A stretch of DNA of 39,668 nt from the NCBI GenBank assembly GCA_003971905.1, contig RSEE01000076.1, forward strand, positions 310,001-349,668. The letters run 5' to 3'. The notes below the pieces were generated by a model. The model was not told the origin of the DNA. It searched no databases and saw only the letters and a list, made by a program, of their open reading frames with translations. Origin of the DNA: Moniliella sp. 'wahieum'. Taxonomy: Eukaryota. The translations under genes and the position numbers were made by a program. Shown one piece after another: positions 1 through 11,025 of the stretch (the stretch's first letter is position 1; the number at the start of each line of letters is the position of its first letter).

Positions 1-279
1 CCATCACAAGGAAGAAACAGGCCAGCGCAATGCGCTGGATTCGCCGTGCGCGCAAACGCTTCCGCTGCCGAGCTGCGTACACGTACGCCAGAGCGGTGTG
101 AGGGCCGTTCCAGTTGCCCTGCACGGCCTGCAACGCAGCGGCCTCGGCGGCGGCAGCGGCTTCGAGGCTGTCGCTGCGTGCGGCGCGGGCCTCGGCCAGG
201 TTTGGGCACGGAGAGGACTGCGCGGCGAAGTGGCGGTGGCCGGGGCGGGAATGACGAGCGGGGTGCGCTCGGTGGGCAT
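1..279 (-). CDS. 5' part of a probable membrane protein running off the left edge (frameshifted)
   Basis: ATG at 279 in CACCACCATG context gives MPTERTPLV, resembling the N-terminal ERTPL[LV] motif of fungal vacuolar membrane proteins. In another frame, bases 60 to 1 read RLRARRIQRIALACFFLVM, a basic stretch followed by a hydrophobic segment. Confidence 0.5.
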
Positions 280-725
280 GGTGGTGACAAGCGCGCCAAA
301 GGTGGGGGGTGGGGGTGGGGGGGTAAGGACACTGGCTGGCATGGATCCCGCCAAGCCTTGGCCAACCATCTCTCACACCGTAGGCACAGCCGGTGCTGAG
401 CTACTGGCGCCGTGCCAGCTAATGGCTCTAATGCCAGTCCTCCAAAATGGCACTGGGACAGTGCGCTCACCTGAACTGTGTCACCCGTGACGTCACGTCA
501 CTGGCTGCAGCTTCGTCGTCAGGTGTTAGATCCAGATGCGTTACGAAGCAGGCCTGCCACTCTCAAGGGCTGAGCCTCAGCGCCCTCAGCGCCTCAGCGA
601 GCGCCTCAAGACAGTCCGATAGATATTTCCTCCCAGGATTGTCCCCACAGTCGAGCGACTCTCAGATCTCACCGAAGCTGGAATAAGAAAGAGTTCCTAC
701 CACAACCTTCCTAGTGACTATAGTC

Positions 726-761
726 AGTGACTAGTGACTTCAAGCTTCAAGCTTCAAGCTT
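726..761. repeat. Heptamer palindromic duplications AGTGA-CT-AGTGA and (CTTCAAG)3
   Basis: Read directly at 726-737 and 738-761. Confidence 0.9.
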
Positions 762-1305
762 TACTAGCTTCACTAGTGATGCTCTGATGCTCTGGTGAAG
801 CTCTTAAAGCTTGGAGCCGTAGAGCGGGCCTGTATCGCTCGGACCCGAGGGTTGCTTTCGGGCTGCACTTTTTGAAGCCTCTCTCTGCTTCTCGTGCTTC
901 GTCCACTTCACCATGGACAAGAGCGTGCTCCGTGAGCTTTTCGGGTGTGCATGTGGCAAGAGAAGAACTTGGAGACGCCTCGCTCTTCTTCCCCGAGCCT
1001 GGTGGCATCGAGTCTTCAGAACCGAAGCTGCTGTTGCATAGTGGCTTATATTTGGAGGCAATGGGGCATCAACAAAAAGGCGGCAGCACCTCGATAAGTA
1101 TAGAGGAGATAGGGCATGATCATTACCGCAGAGAGGCTGCCAAAAGTGGTGTAAAGTAGTGGGTGGGTGCAAGTACTAAGTGCTGAGCCGTGGTAGAGTG
1201 CGACTATAGACTTGGAATACTGGGTGTTCGTGTCCCAGCAACAGAAGCAGCTGAGCTGGCGTGGATCCGTCCCGTGTGGGAGGACAGGCCTCGTTGGTGG
1301 GCGTG

Positions 1306-1338
1306 TGATGCATGATGCATGATGCATGATGCATGATG
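1306..1338. repeat. Heptamer array (TGATGCA)4 TGATG
   Basis: Read directly. Confidence 0.95.
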
Positions 1339-1469
1339 GCAGAAATAACCAAATCCCCCCCAAAATCCATTCCGCCACCAGCGGAACGTTTTCTTGTTGG
1401 CCAAAGACCACCGCGCCGAAGCTCGCTTCAAGCTTCAGCATCCTCCACCCTCCAACATCATCACCCGTC

Positions 1470-4099
1470 ATGGTCGATGCGCCCAGCTTGTCTCCGAGTG
1501 CGCTCGCGGGAGAAGGCTTTACGCTCGTCGATGCAGATGCAGACACCACTGCCGCGAGGGAGGACCTCTACGCCCTCTTTGCTCCGCCCGACCGCTCCCC
1601 CGCTTACACCCAGCCCGGGTGGATCGAAGCTGTGCGCGCCCAGCGCACCCAGCTCGCCGGTCGTCTCTTCCTTGATCGTGTTTTGGGGTTTGCTCTCGAC
1701 TCGGACCAGATTCCCGAACTGTATCCGCCCACTTCGGCTGCTGGACTGCATGCGCTCATTGACCTGGTCGACGGTTCTACGACCTTTTCCAAGTCACAAA
1801 CCGACGCCATCATTTTCTATCTCCTCTTCGCCCTCTTCCCTTCCCCGATTTCGGCGTTTGGCCTAGGCCAGGGAAAGAGCGCCGTTGCTTCGCTTAAGGC
1901 TCAACGCGCCTCGCATCCAGCCCCCAATTCGCACAACTGGTTGGCCTGCCTCCGCCGCTACGGCGCGCCATCACTGCCTACGCTCTCCTCGACCAAGGCT
2001 TAATGGATCGTGCAGTGGGATTTATGCGCCCCGAGGAAGTTGAGTTCTCGGGGGATATGTTGGCGATTGTCCGTGCTCTCCCGGACGATTACACCCCGCC
2101 TCCCGACTTGGCGCGTGATGTGGCTCCGCTGCGGGCATATGGCCCGGGCGAGTATCGCACCCGCGTGCTCGTCTCCCTCGTCGATACGTTGGCGCTGGAC
2201 TTGCCCCAAGCCTGTGGACGAAGCCCACGCAGTGCTGCTCGCGCCTGGTGAGACGGACGTGTTACAGGACGCACAGGCCAACTGGGTCGCATATGCAGCA
2301 GCCCTATCGCTCACCCCGGGCACCGGACCTTGGGCTGTGTGGCAAAACATTGTTGAACAAATCCCCAAGGTTAAGACGGAGCTTGAAGAGCATGTGCTGC
2401 TCGATCTGGGCGAGGGCCATGAGCTTGGGACTCAGGTGGTCCTCGAGGCAACCGACAACCTACAGATCGCCATGGCCCGAGCTGTGTGGGAAAGTGTCTT
2501 TACTCGTACGTGTCTTGCGCCCACCCCCCCTTGGCACCCCTCGAATTAAGAACAGGGAACTGACTGGAATGTGGTTGTGACAGCTACTATACGCCCGCGC
2601 GCGGTAGAAGAGTTGCTAAGCATGCCCATCTCTCCTGTGGCCGGAGCAGCGCTTAAGGAAGCTGTCCTCAAGCCCTCTCCTGACCTTGGCGAGGTGGCAC
2701 GGGTAGCTTCGGGCGATACACTCTTGACCCGGTCCGTCGCCGACGCTCGCTACGTGGAGACGCTCCGACTGGATACCAAGCTCGGCGGGTTTGAAGGGTC
2801 GTTGGCGGTGCCTGCGGCGCAGCGCGCTGCTTTGGCCGCTCGTCGCCGCGACCTAATTCGTGGGGTGCGTTCTATCCTGCCGGCAATTCAGCGGCAAAAA
2901 ATCGATGCCGAACTCTCCCTGCGTCTGCCCATGGGGGCGATCAACTTCAGATGAGTTGGGAGCACGTTGCTCCGGCCGGATCGGACATGGGTGCGCACGT
3001 GGAAGAGTCCTTGCCCGTTGCCCAGCCCCTTAGCTCTTCACTCATGTCGACGAATGTCAATGCGGATCCGCAGGGTTCGCTACTGAATGCGATCAACCCG
3101 CTTTCTGCTCCGGGCCGGCGTGCCAGTTTGACACCGCGCCAGTCCAACTCCCTGACGCCGGCGGCCGATTCCTCCAAAACTCGTTCATTCCTGGCTACTT
3201 GTCTCGTGTAGCAGCCACGCCCCAAGCGACCGAGCCTACTCCCGTGGCAGATGCCGCAAATACGTCCCTGTCCCTCTCCCTCTCGCGCACTCGAGCCACG
3301 AAGCCCCGATCTAGTGTGCACGAGGCCTTTACCGACCCCGCCAATTTGAGTATCGCCTCCATCCGGTCCCGGTCGCATGCAGGGGACCGATCTGCGTCGG
3401 TCCTGGCGCCTGATCTCGGCGTGGAGTCCGGGCCGACTCAACAAGCAAGTGGGGAGAGCTTGGCATGGGGTCAAGGACTTCCCGCCACGCCCTTCCCACC
3501 CTTCCCCACAACTTTGCCCGAGCCGAGCCCGCACGACGAACCCGTTTTCCTCCCCCCCGCACCCGCGCATCTCCCTCACCACGGACGACGGACCTACTCA
3601 GCCCGATGCAGCTCCCCCGGCACTGAGACGTTCAGAGCCGATGTCCAAGTTGCCCTCTGCGCCACGCACGCGACGCTCTCGCGCCCCGAAACGGGTAGGT
3701 GCTTCGACGTCTCCCGGTGAGGCTGTGGAGGAAGCGGGAGCAAAGAAGACGGCCGTCCCCCGGCGGTTTGCCAAGGCGGCCAAAACGCGTAAGCCAGCGG
3801 CGGCTCCTGCGCCTGCACCAGCCACGCAACCGGACACGGTACCTGACCAGAAGCCGGAGCGGCGCACGCTCCCTGGCATGTTCCCCGGCATGGACGAAGA
3901 CGGGGAAGCGGAGCCGTCTGGGTCTGGCTCGACGCAACCCGTGTCGGAGCCCGTGGAAATGCGCCAAGTGCCGCCACCGCGTCGGACTTCGCCTCGTCGT
4001 CGGCGTGTGCGCGCGCCCGAGGCGGACGAACCGCAGACTCTGGTCGTTGACCCGGCCCCGCGGCGGCAGCCAACTAGGCGGACCAAGCGCAGTACTTAG
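1470..4099 (+). CDS. ELYS-like nuclear pore assembly protein (frameshifted; intron 2506-2583)
   Basis: GRLFLDRVL...LYPPTSAAGLHALIDLV...AIIFYLL resembles fungal ELYS-domain proteins. Removing GTACGT...CTGAC...CAG (2506-2583) joins FT-PTIRPRAVEELLSMP. The C-terminus is disordered and Arg/Lys-rich, ending RRTKRST* at 4099. Confidence 0.7.
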
Positions 4100-6216
4100 T
4101 TGGTCCTCCCTGAATCCACTGTATGCACTCGATGCGCGCTGCCCCACCCGAATCGTGATTCATGTTTCTTGGTCAGGTTCATGATTGTTGATTGTTGATT
4201 GATGATTGCCGATACGTGATTTGGTCAAATTAAGACGGGAGCAAGCAATTCATCACAACCACAACGGCACTTTCCTTTTGACTTCCTCTTTGGCCATATA
4301 GCCCAATGACCCGCCCTGGCCCCCTGGCGACGACGTCAGCTCTCTCAACACCCCATCCCGCTGGCTGGCATGGAAGGTGTGGATGACGAGGCGGATGGAA
4401 GAGTGGGTGTGAAAAGAGGGGAGAAGAAAAGAAAAAATGGGTTGGGTTCAGAGGTAGATTTCCCTGGTAGCTTGTCTAAGTCTAGTCTCAAGTAGGTTCG
4501 GCCGTATGCTTGGGAGTAGGCTCAGGAGAGTAGGCTCCGTGGTATCAAGATGCACAGAGCGTGTGCCAAAAAGTGCATTACTCTTCTAGCCCCATCACAT
4601 GTCGCATGCGGTTAGGCATCCCGTTCAGCGCCCCCGCCCGCCACGGGCCATGCATAAACGTTTCGTGGACCGGTGGGACGATGGACTACATACAAATACA
4701 GAACGGTAGGGGCCATGGGAGGCTACCCTACGGGACCCAAGCCAGGTCGTAGGCCTGGTGGCCTCTAGGCTGCACGCTTTCCTTAGTGTCAGGGTCGGCG
4801 CAAGACGAGTGAACCAGTACCAGCGTTGAGCCTCAGTTACGTTCAGGCCTCAAGGAGAGAAATGATTGGCAGAGAGAAACCGACGCCTACAGAAGAACAC
4901 AAGCAACCAGTCGCCGCCAGATCAGGGGCTAATAACAGGCTGCGCAGCAGGCCAAGCAGGAGCGACAACTCATCGGAACTCCTGCGACTGAGGAGGGAGC
5001 AGGCACCTGGAGAGAGACTCAAGGGACGCTGCGCGTGGCCAACATACACCACCCACCCGCGGTCGCGCTCAGCAGCCACAGCAGCCGCAGCAGCCAGACC
5101 AGCCCAAGCACCCCTGACAGTATCTAGTAAGCGCTACCGGGGCACACGCTGGCACAAGAGCAGTGCCGATCATCGATCCAGGCGGCATGCGGACACTGCC
5201 AGCCTCCACCCTCGCTGGGAAAGTGGTGCAGTGCCGACGGCTGCCAGACGATAGGACGCGATTTGGCGTTAGCGCGCTAGGTACTAGGTACTAGCCCCTG
5301 GGCTGCCTCGGCGCCTGAGCTGCGTGCCGGCCGAGCAAAGGACCGGGCAGCGCACAGCAGCGCACGGCACAGCTAGCGGCTACCATTATTTTAAGCTTCA
5401 AGCCGCACAATATAAACTTCACGCTGTGGAGCCGATCATCGATCATCGATCGTCTGCGGCGCTCGGCCGCTCATGCGCCCAGGCCCAGGGCTGGGGCAAG
5501 TTGGGCTCCTAACCCCATCACCATCAGCTCATCACCTTGGCTGGCCCCTCCACCTCCACCTCCACCTCCACCCCACCTTGGCAGCCCCTGGGGCGACGCA
5601 TGGCCAATCGCTGGTTACACTAGTCCCTAGGTCCCTAGGTCCCTAGTCACTCCGGTCACTACGTCGCTCTAGCCAGCCCAACCATACGCTGTTCCCCCCC
5701 ACCGGCACAACACACGCCTCACACACCGCCCCCCTCCCCGATCCCCGATCCCCATCCCACTGGCCCTGAGCTTAGCTTGAGCCTGTGAGCTGCCAGCACC
5801 ATTAGCCCTGGCTTAGCCTGGCCCGCCCTGGCCCAAAGACCACCCACCAGCCCACCTATAATTACTTCTGTCATCGCATCCAGCTTGGTTCAACCTGTTC
5901 AACTGAACGTTCAGTGCGTTCACCGCGTTCACCGGCACCAAAGTCCTCCCCTCCACCACCGTCACGCGTCACTACTGTTGCCCTTCTCAGATCTCAGGCC
6001 CCTCAGGTATGTCATACTCTCCATCACACTCCCGCCCCCTGCCGCTTCCCGTTGCTTCGATGCCCAGGGAGCATCATCGACATCATCCACATTCGGCTCG
6101 CCACCTCCCATCGCCCAACAATCTTAGGCCTCATCGACATCTCAGTCTCACGCCCAAAACCACCAACACCTGTGCTGCCACAGAGTCACTGGTCACACAC
6201 ATGTTCACAGGTCACC

Positions 6217-6274
6217 GGTCACATGTCACATGTCACAGAAGGTCACATGTCACATGTCACAGAAGGTCACATGT
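6217..6274. repeat. 24-bp tandem repeat (2.4 copies) built from TCACATG heptamers
   Basis: GGTCACATGTCACATGTCACAGAA at 6217-6240 and 6241-6264, plus a partial copy at 6265-6274. Confidence 0.95.
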
Positions 6275-7583
6275 GGCGCACTCAGTACTCAGGTGAGCAC
6301 ATTTTGAGGTCCCCGGGATTTCTGCACCTCTTCGGCCTCCTTCGGCTCAGCCTGAGCGCTCAGCCTCGGCGAGCCCACCTTATTGTGTGTCACACTGTGC
6401 ACCTGAGCCTGGGCGCGCCGAGACTCAGCCGCGCTGAGCCTCAGCTTTGGCACAGCCGACAGGAATTGCAGCGGCCCCGGGGACCTCAAAGGTGACCGGT
6501 GACTGTTGATCAGTGGATTAGCCCGCCCTTTCGCTCTTCCCTGCCCTCTGCCGTGTCCATTTGGGAGTCGCAAGGGACAAGTCATGCCGTGTTGCATTCC
6601 TCATCCGGCACGCCCTTGCGGACCTGGGAAGAATGGCGCGTGCAGTACAATATTCCCCGTGGATGGAACCGTTGGTCGACTTCTCTTACAACGATTCATT
6701 GGGAATCCTCATGCACCTCATGCATCATGATTTGTCCACCATGCTCCCTGTGGCTCGAAGCTTGAAGTTTGAAGCATGATCGGTGTTTGGTTGTGTGAAT
6801 GCTGACTTGTTCCATTTCGCCTCTTTTTTTCTGCTCTGCTCTTTCACAAAACCCATGCGTGGCATTTGGCCTATTCGACCTGTTTGGGGGTTCTTGGCCC
6901 TCGTCTTTATGCGATGGCCATATGTTGTCTGGCCTTGGTTGTTCACCTACAAAAATCACTTCCTATCCCTGTCACCATCACCGGCCTCTGCGACCTTTCC
7001 TCGTGATTACGATTGCCAGGCCGCCCAAATCCGTAATCAGTAATCATTCGTCATCGTATCCCAGTGCTACGCGCTAATTTCGCTGGGGATCGATCAACAC
7101 AGTGCGGCGCAACGCGTAACGTGTAACGTGTAAGTACTGTGCGGGCAGTGATCCGGTGATTCTCCAGTTTGACCCACTTGGCCGCTTCTGACTTTTGTTT
7201 TCTGGGCCTGCCGTGGCCAGCTGCCGAGTCGAGTGCAGCACACACCCACCGACTTGCTGCACAGTTGATTACTTTCACTAACTCACTGGTCACCGGCCAA
7301 CGCCCGTCAACCTGTATTACGCGCTAACGCTGTGGTGTGTTTTGCGTTGTTTGTCATCGATCACCCCAGGTTTCTTTTCAGGAAACCGCTCACGCGCATT
7401 TTGGAGACAACCTCTCCTACCGCTTAGCACCACCTTCCATCGCTCCCATTCTCCACTTCTTCCCGCTCCATCTGCAGCTCCAATGGTTACCGCCTACTCT
7501 CCACCACGCACGCCCCGAGCGAACCCTGCCGCTTCCCTACCAATATCCAGTGCCCCTATCGACCCCAGCCCCGACTCTATGCC

Positions 7584-9973
7584 ATGCCCAACCCCCAGTC
7601 CTGGGCAGCGCTGGGCCCTGCGACCCCTTCGGGGCCGAACAAGCCCAATAACCAAGACACCTTGTTTTCTCCTTCGGATTTTCGCCCAGACACCCCTCCT
7701 AGCAGTCCTTCCCGTGTCTCCCGTCACCGTGCAGCCCTGGCACATCGGGTGGCAGTCAGGAACGTCACTCTTGCTTCTCAACATTCCCGCTCCAGCCATG
7801 AACTGACCTCGGAGGAAAGGGAGCAACGGCGGAGCCAACTCCTCTTTTCATCCCAGTCTGACCTAGTTACCCCGGTGTGTCCCGACGTGCCAGCTTTCGA
7901 TCCTACTGGACCCAATCGTCGTTCCTCTTCACATTTGGCGCCACCTTCGTTGTCCCCCGACGGCAGCGGAAGCAGGACTACCACCCCCGTCACTCCAGAG
8001 GGAAGCATGCACAAGACGCACCCGTCGTTGCTTCAGCCTGGAACACCCTCAACCCCCCTCCGCCCATCTTCCCCCTCGTCTCCTCTTGCATGGGCGGAGG
8101 AGCCAAGGACCTTGCGTCACGCGACCTCATGCGCATCCGGGCTGCCAGGACTGGGGTTAACGCTAGAATCGGAATCGCCCGATGCTAGCGCCTGTTCTAC
8201 TCTGCAGCCTGGCGAAGGCGCGCTGGTACGGTGCCCCTCGCCATCAGAAGCATCCACCACCAGCACCCACGGCGTGGCCATGACCGCATCCCCTTTGAAG
8301 TGCGAGTTCTGCTTGACGAAGAGCGAGAGCAAGGGCAGCATCCTGTCCGTCGCCTCATCGTTGCATCCGGGATCGCGGGACCCTGTCTTCCAACAGTATT
8401 ATGATGATTCCCCGCCCGTCCCTTCTCCTGAGCGTACCGTTTCAGCCCTTCCACGTGGACTCGTTCAGTCTCCCCCTGGGGAACCGAGGCGTCCCAGCGT
8501 TTCTGTCAGTTCCCCTAGCGCGTCGTCAGGGACCAAGGTCATGGAGAAGGAGAGACGGACGGATAAGTTGGCACGTCTGTTGGGGTCCGAGTGCATGCCG
8601 GATGTCATCAAGTCTCAGGCGGGTCTGCATGCGCACAAAAGTGTCAGAGTTGGAGCCTGGATCGAGCGTCTTGGGGCCCAGGAAGAAGCGGGAAAAGGTG
8701 GTCAACGCTACTTGACGCGGACCCAGGTCGCATCCCGCCTGTGGGCTCTGACCGTCTGCCTCTGCGTTCGATCCCCGACCAAGACGAGACAGGCAAGCCA
8801 GTTGATGGGCTTAGGGCCCCGAGACAATGGCACCGTTCCCGGCCTGACAACGGGCGTTCCTCCCCCCTGCACCGACCTGTGTCTTCCGGCACAGTTCTCA
8901 AACCGGTCGCTGAAGGAGATGACGAGCAAGGCGTCAAGCCTAAAGCAGCTGCGTTGTTGGGCATTGATCCATTCACACCGACTAGCACCCACCCTCTACC
9001 CTGTCCCAGGCGACGCTGCAGCCGAAAGCGGCTGCTTTGCTGGGCCTTGATCGCTCTTCCAAGATCATCGGGTCGCAACGTTAGCTCAGGATGAGGAAGT
9101 AGGGAGCACGTCCATCTGGCCTCTGAGGCATCTCCATCTATCCCGTCCTTCCCCCTCGACGCCCACTGATACTCCCACCCCACGGTCGTCGCCCTTGCTT
9201 CTATCCCTGTGCGCGGATCGAAGCACGAAGGGTCCCGGTGCTCGTGCCGTGTCTGCGCCTCTTGTTCCTGCTTCGCACGAGCGCGCCAATGCCAAGTCCG
9301 AGACGAGCAAACGTCCCCTGGTGAGCAAGACGACTGTTCCGCAGCACACCCGTTCTGCTAGCTTCCGCGGCCGATACTCGCTTTGGTACCCCCGCCGAAC
9401 GGAGGAGGCGACTGGAGCGGGACAAGGGCGTGTGTCCGACCTGGGCCACGGGTACACGTATGTGGTGGGTGGATCAGGTGGACCTGCGTCCGACCTACCT
9501 ACCTCCTCTTCGCTTGCCTCTTGCTCTCGCTCTCGTGCGCCTCCTTCTCGGCGCCAGTCTGTGCCCAACATGGCGATGCTGAGCGACGCCGTTGGCCGGC
9601 ATGCCAGAACGAAGGGCGCGCAACTGGCCAAGGTGGCCAAGGTACTGGGCTCCTCGGTGCCGGAACTTCTGCTCAATTTCCAGAGTCGCCTGTTATCTCT
9701 CCCTAAGTGTCGCTGTGCCAATCCAAATCTCTTTTCAGGCACGCGGTCACGGTCTTTACTGCCCAAGCCCCACAAGTTCCTTCCCCCTCCGCCTACCCTC
9801 CACTTGTACCTGCCGTGATGGACCTCGGGCCTGTCCCCTATTCCTCTCAATGCGGACCTAATCCTCTTTCCTTTGCCCGTGGCCGCATTCGCCTTCATCC
9901 TCTCCTTTTTGCCGACCCGAGTACCCGTCGTTTCCGTTGTGCACCTCCATTGCTTCGGTTGTTGGCCAGATGA
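7584..9973 (+). CDS. Hypothetical Ser/Pro-rich disordered protein (frameshifted, 3' end uncertain)
   Basis: A 488-aa ORF from ATG 7584 continues in overlapping ORFs (8591, 9195) of similar S/P/R-rich composition, with recurring K-x-x-x-[LV]-L-G motifs. No domain recognised. Confidence 0.5.
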
Positions 9974-10847
9974 CGGGACGGGTCTTGTGTAGTTACTTCA
10001 TCTGGGGTCTTTATTGATTGATGCCAGAGGGCAAGCAAGGTCACTTGCATATGTTAGGTGTGCTCGCAGACAAGAGGAGACGGAGTGGCGGCGTGTACCA
10101 ACATTGAAGCATATGCAGATGAAGCGAGAGGCCATGCACTTTTACTATAGCCTCAGCCTCGGACGCATGGGCTGACAACTCGAAAGACAGAGGAGAGAGA
10201 AAGGGCAGAGGGCTAGGGGACACTGGGGGGCAGCGACGGACTTGGGACGGCTATGCGCCCACCATCCGTATTGCTGCGAGGCACACTTGCCACCTGCGTT
10301 GGAGCCAACTAACAAGCACCCAGCAGCCCCTGAGGCCGAGACCAGGGGGCGCAAGGGCGCAGCGCGCGTGTGGGGCGCATGGCTTGAAGCGACGCTGAAG
10401 CTGGACACAGGCAAGGGACAAAAGTGAGCACTGGGGGGCGCAACAGGCGGCGTGCATACAACATACACACGTTGGGATGCCAGGGGGTTACGTAGCCGAT
10501 CCCACACGGGGCAGTGCCTGTAGTGCTGACACCCACTGCGTCCCACCGAGCACAGACCATGGATCATCGATCATGGATCATCGACCACACTGCAGTCATG
10601 TACCAGGATGTTGGATGCTGCGCATGCATCCCGATTGTGATGGATGATCGATGACGTCTGCCGTCGCGGCCGTCGCTCCTCGCGGCAGATGCCAATGGCA
10701 GACCCAGATCTCACTCGGCCTGCCGACAAGCAGCTGCCCTGCCGATGTGACGAGGGACGGGGGAGGGGATGCATGCTGCCTGCAGCAAGTAGTGCTAGTT
10801 CGCTTTCTTGAAGCTTGACGCCGCAGCTCGACACTTGACTTGTGGGT

Positions 10848-10872
10848 ATGATCGATGATCGATGATCGATGA
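10848..10872. repeat. Heptamer array (ATGATCG)3 ATGA
   Basis: Read directly. Confidence 0.9.
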
Positions 10873-11025
10873 CATTGGCATGAGCGGCTGCTCGATGATC
10901 TCAGCGGTGATGTTGCAGCCCACCTCGGCGCACCCCCACTTCTGTCCTCCCCTCTGCTCCCTTGCTCCCTCGCCTCCTGCCACCGCCACCCCCCCCCCCC
11001 CCCCCTCCCCCCTCCCCTCCCGCCC

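Noticed and set aside
738..761. Hi-C or cloning ligation junctions as the source of AAGCTT/GATC repeats
   Set aside because: Fill-in junctions would read AAGCTAGCTT or GATCGATC. The observed units have many different cores, a TNA spacer, and were not seen in coding DNA.
4826..5254. 142-aa plus-strand ORF
   Set aside because: Non-ATG start, no recognisable domain, and it contains intergenic-type GATCATCGATC sequence.
6217..6274. CRISPR-like array
   Set aside because: Direct tandem copies with no unique spacers, no cas genes, eukaryotic context.
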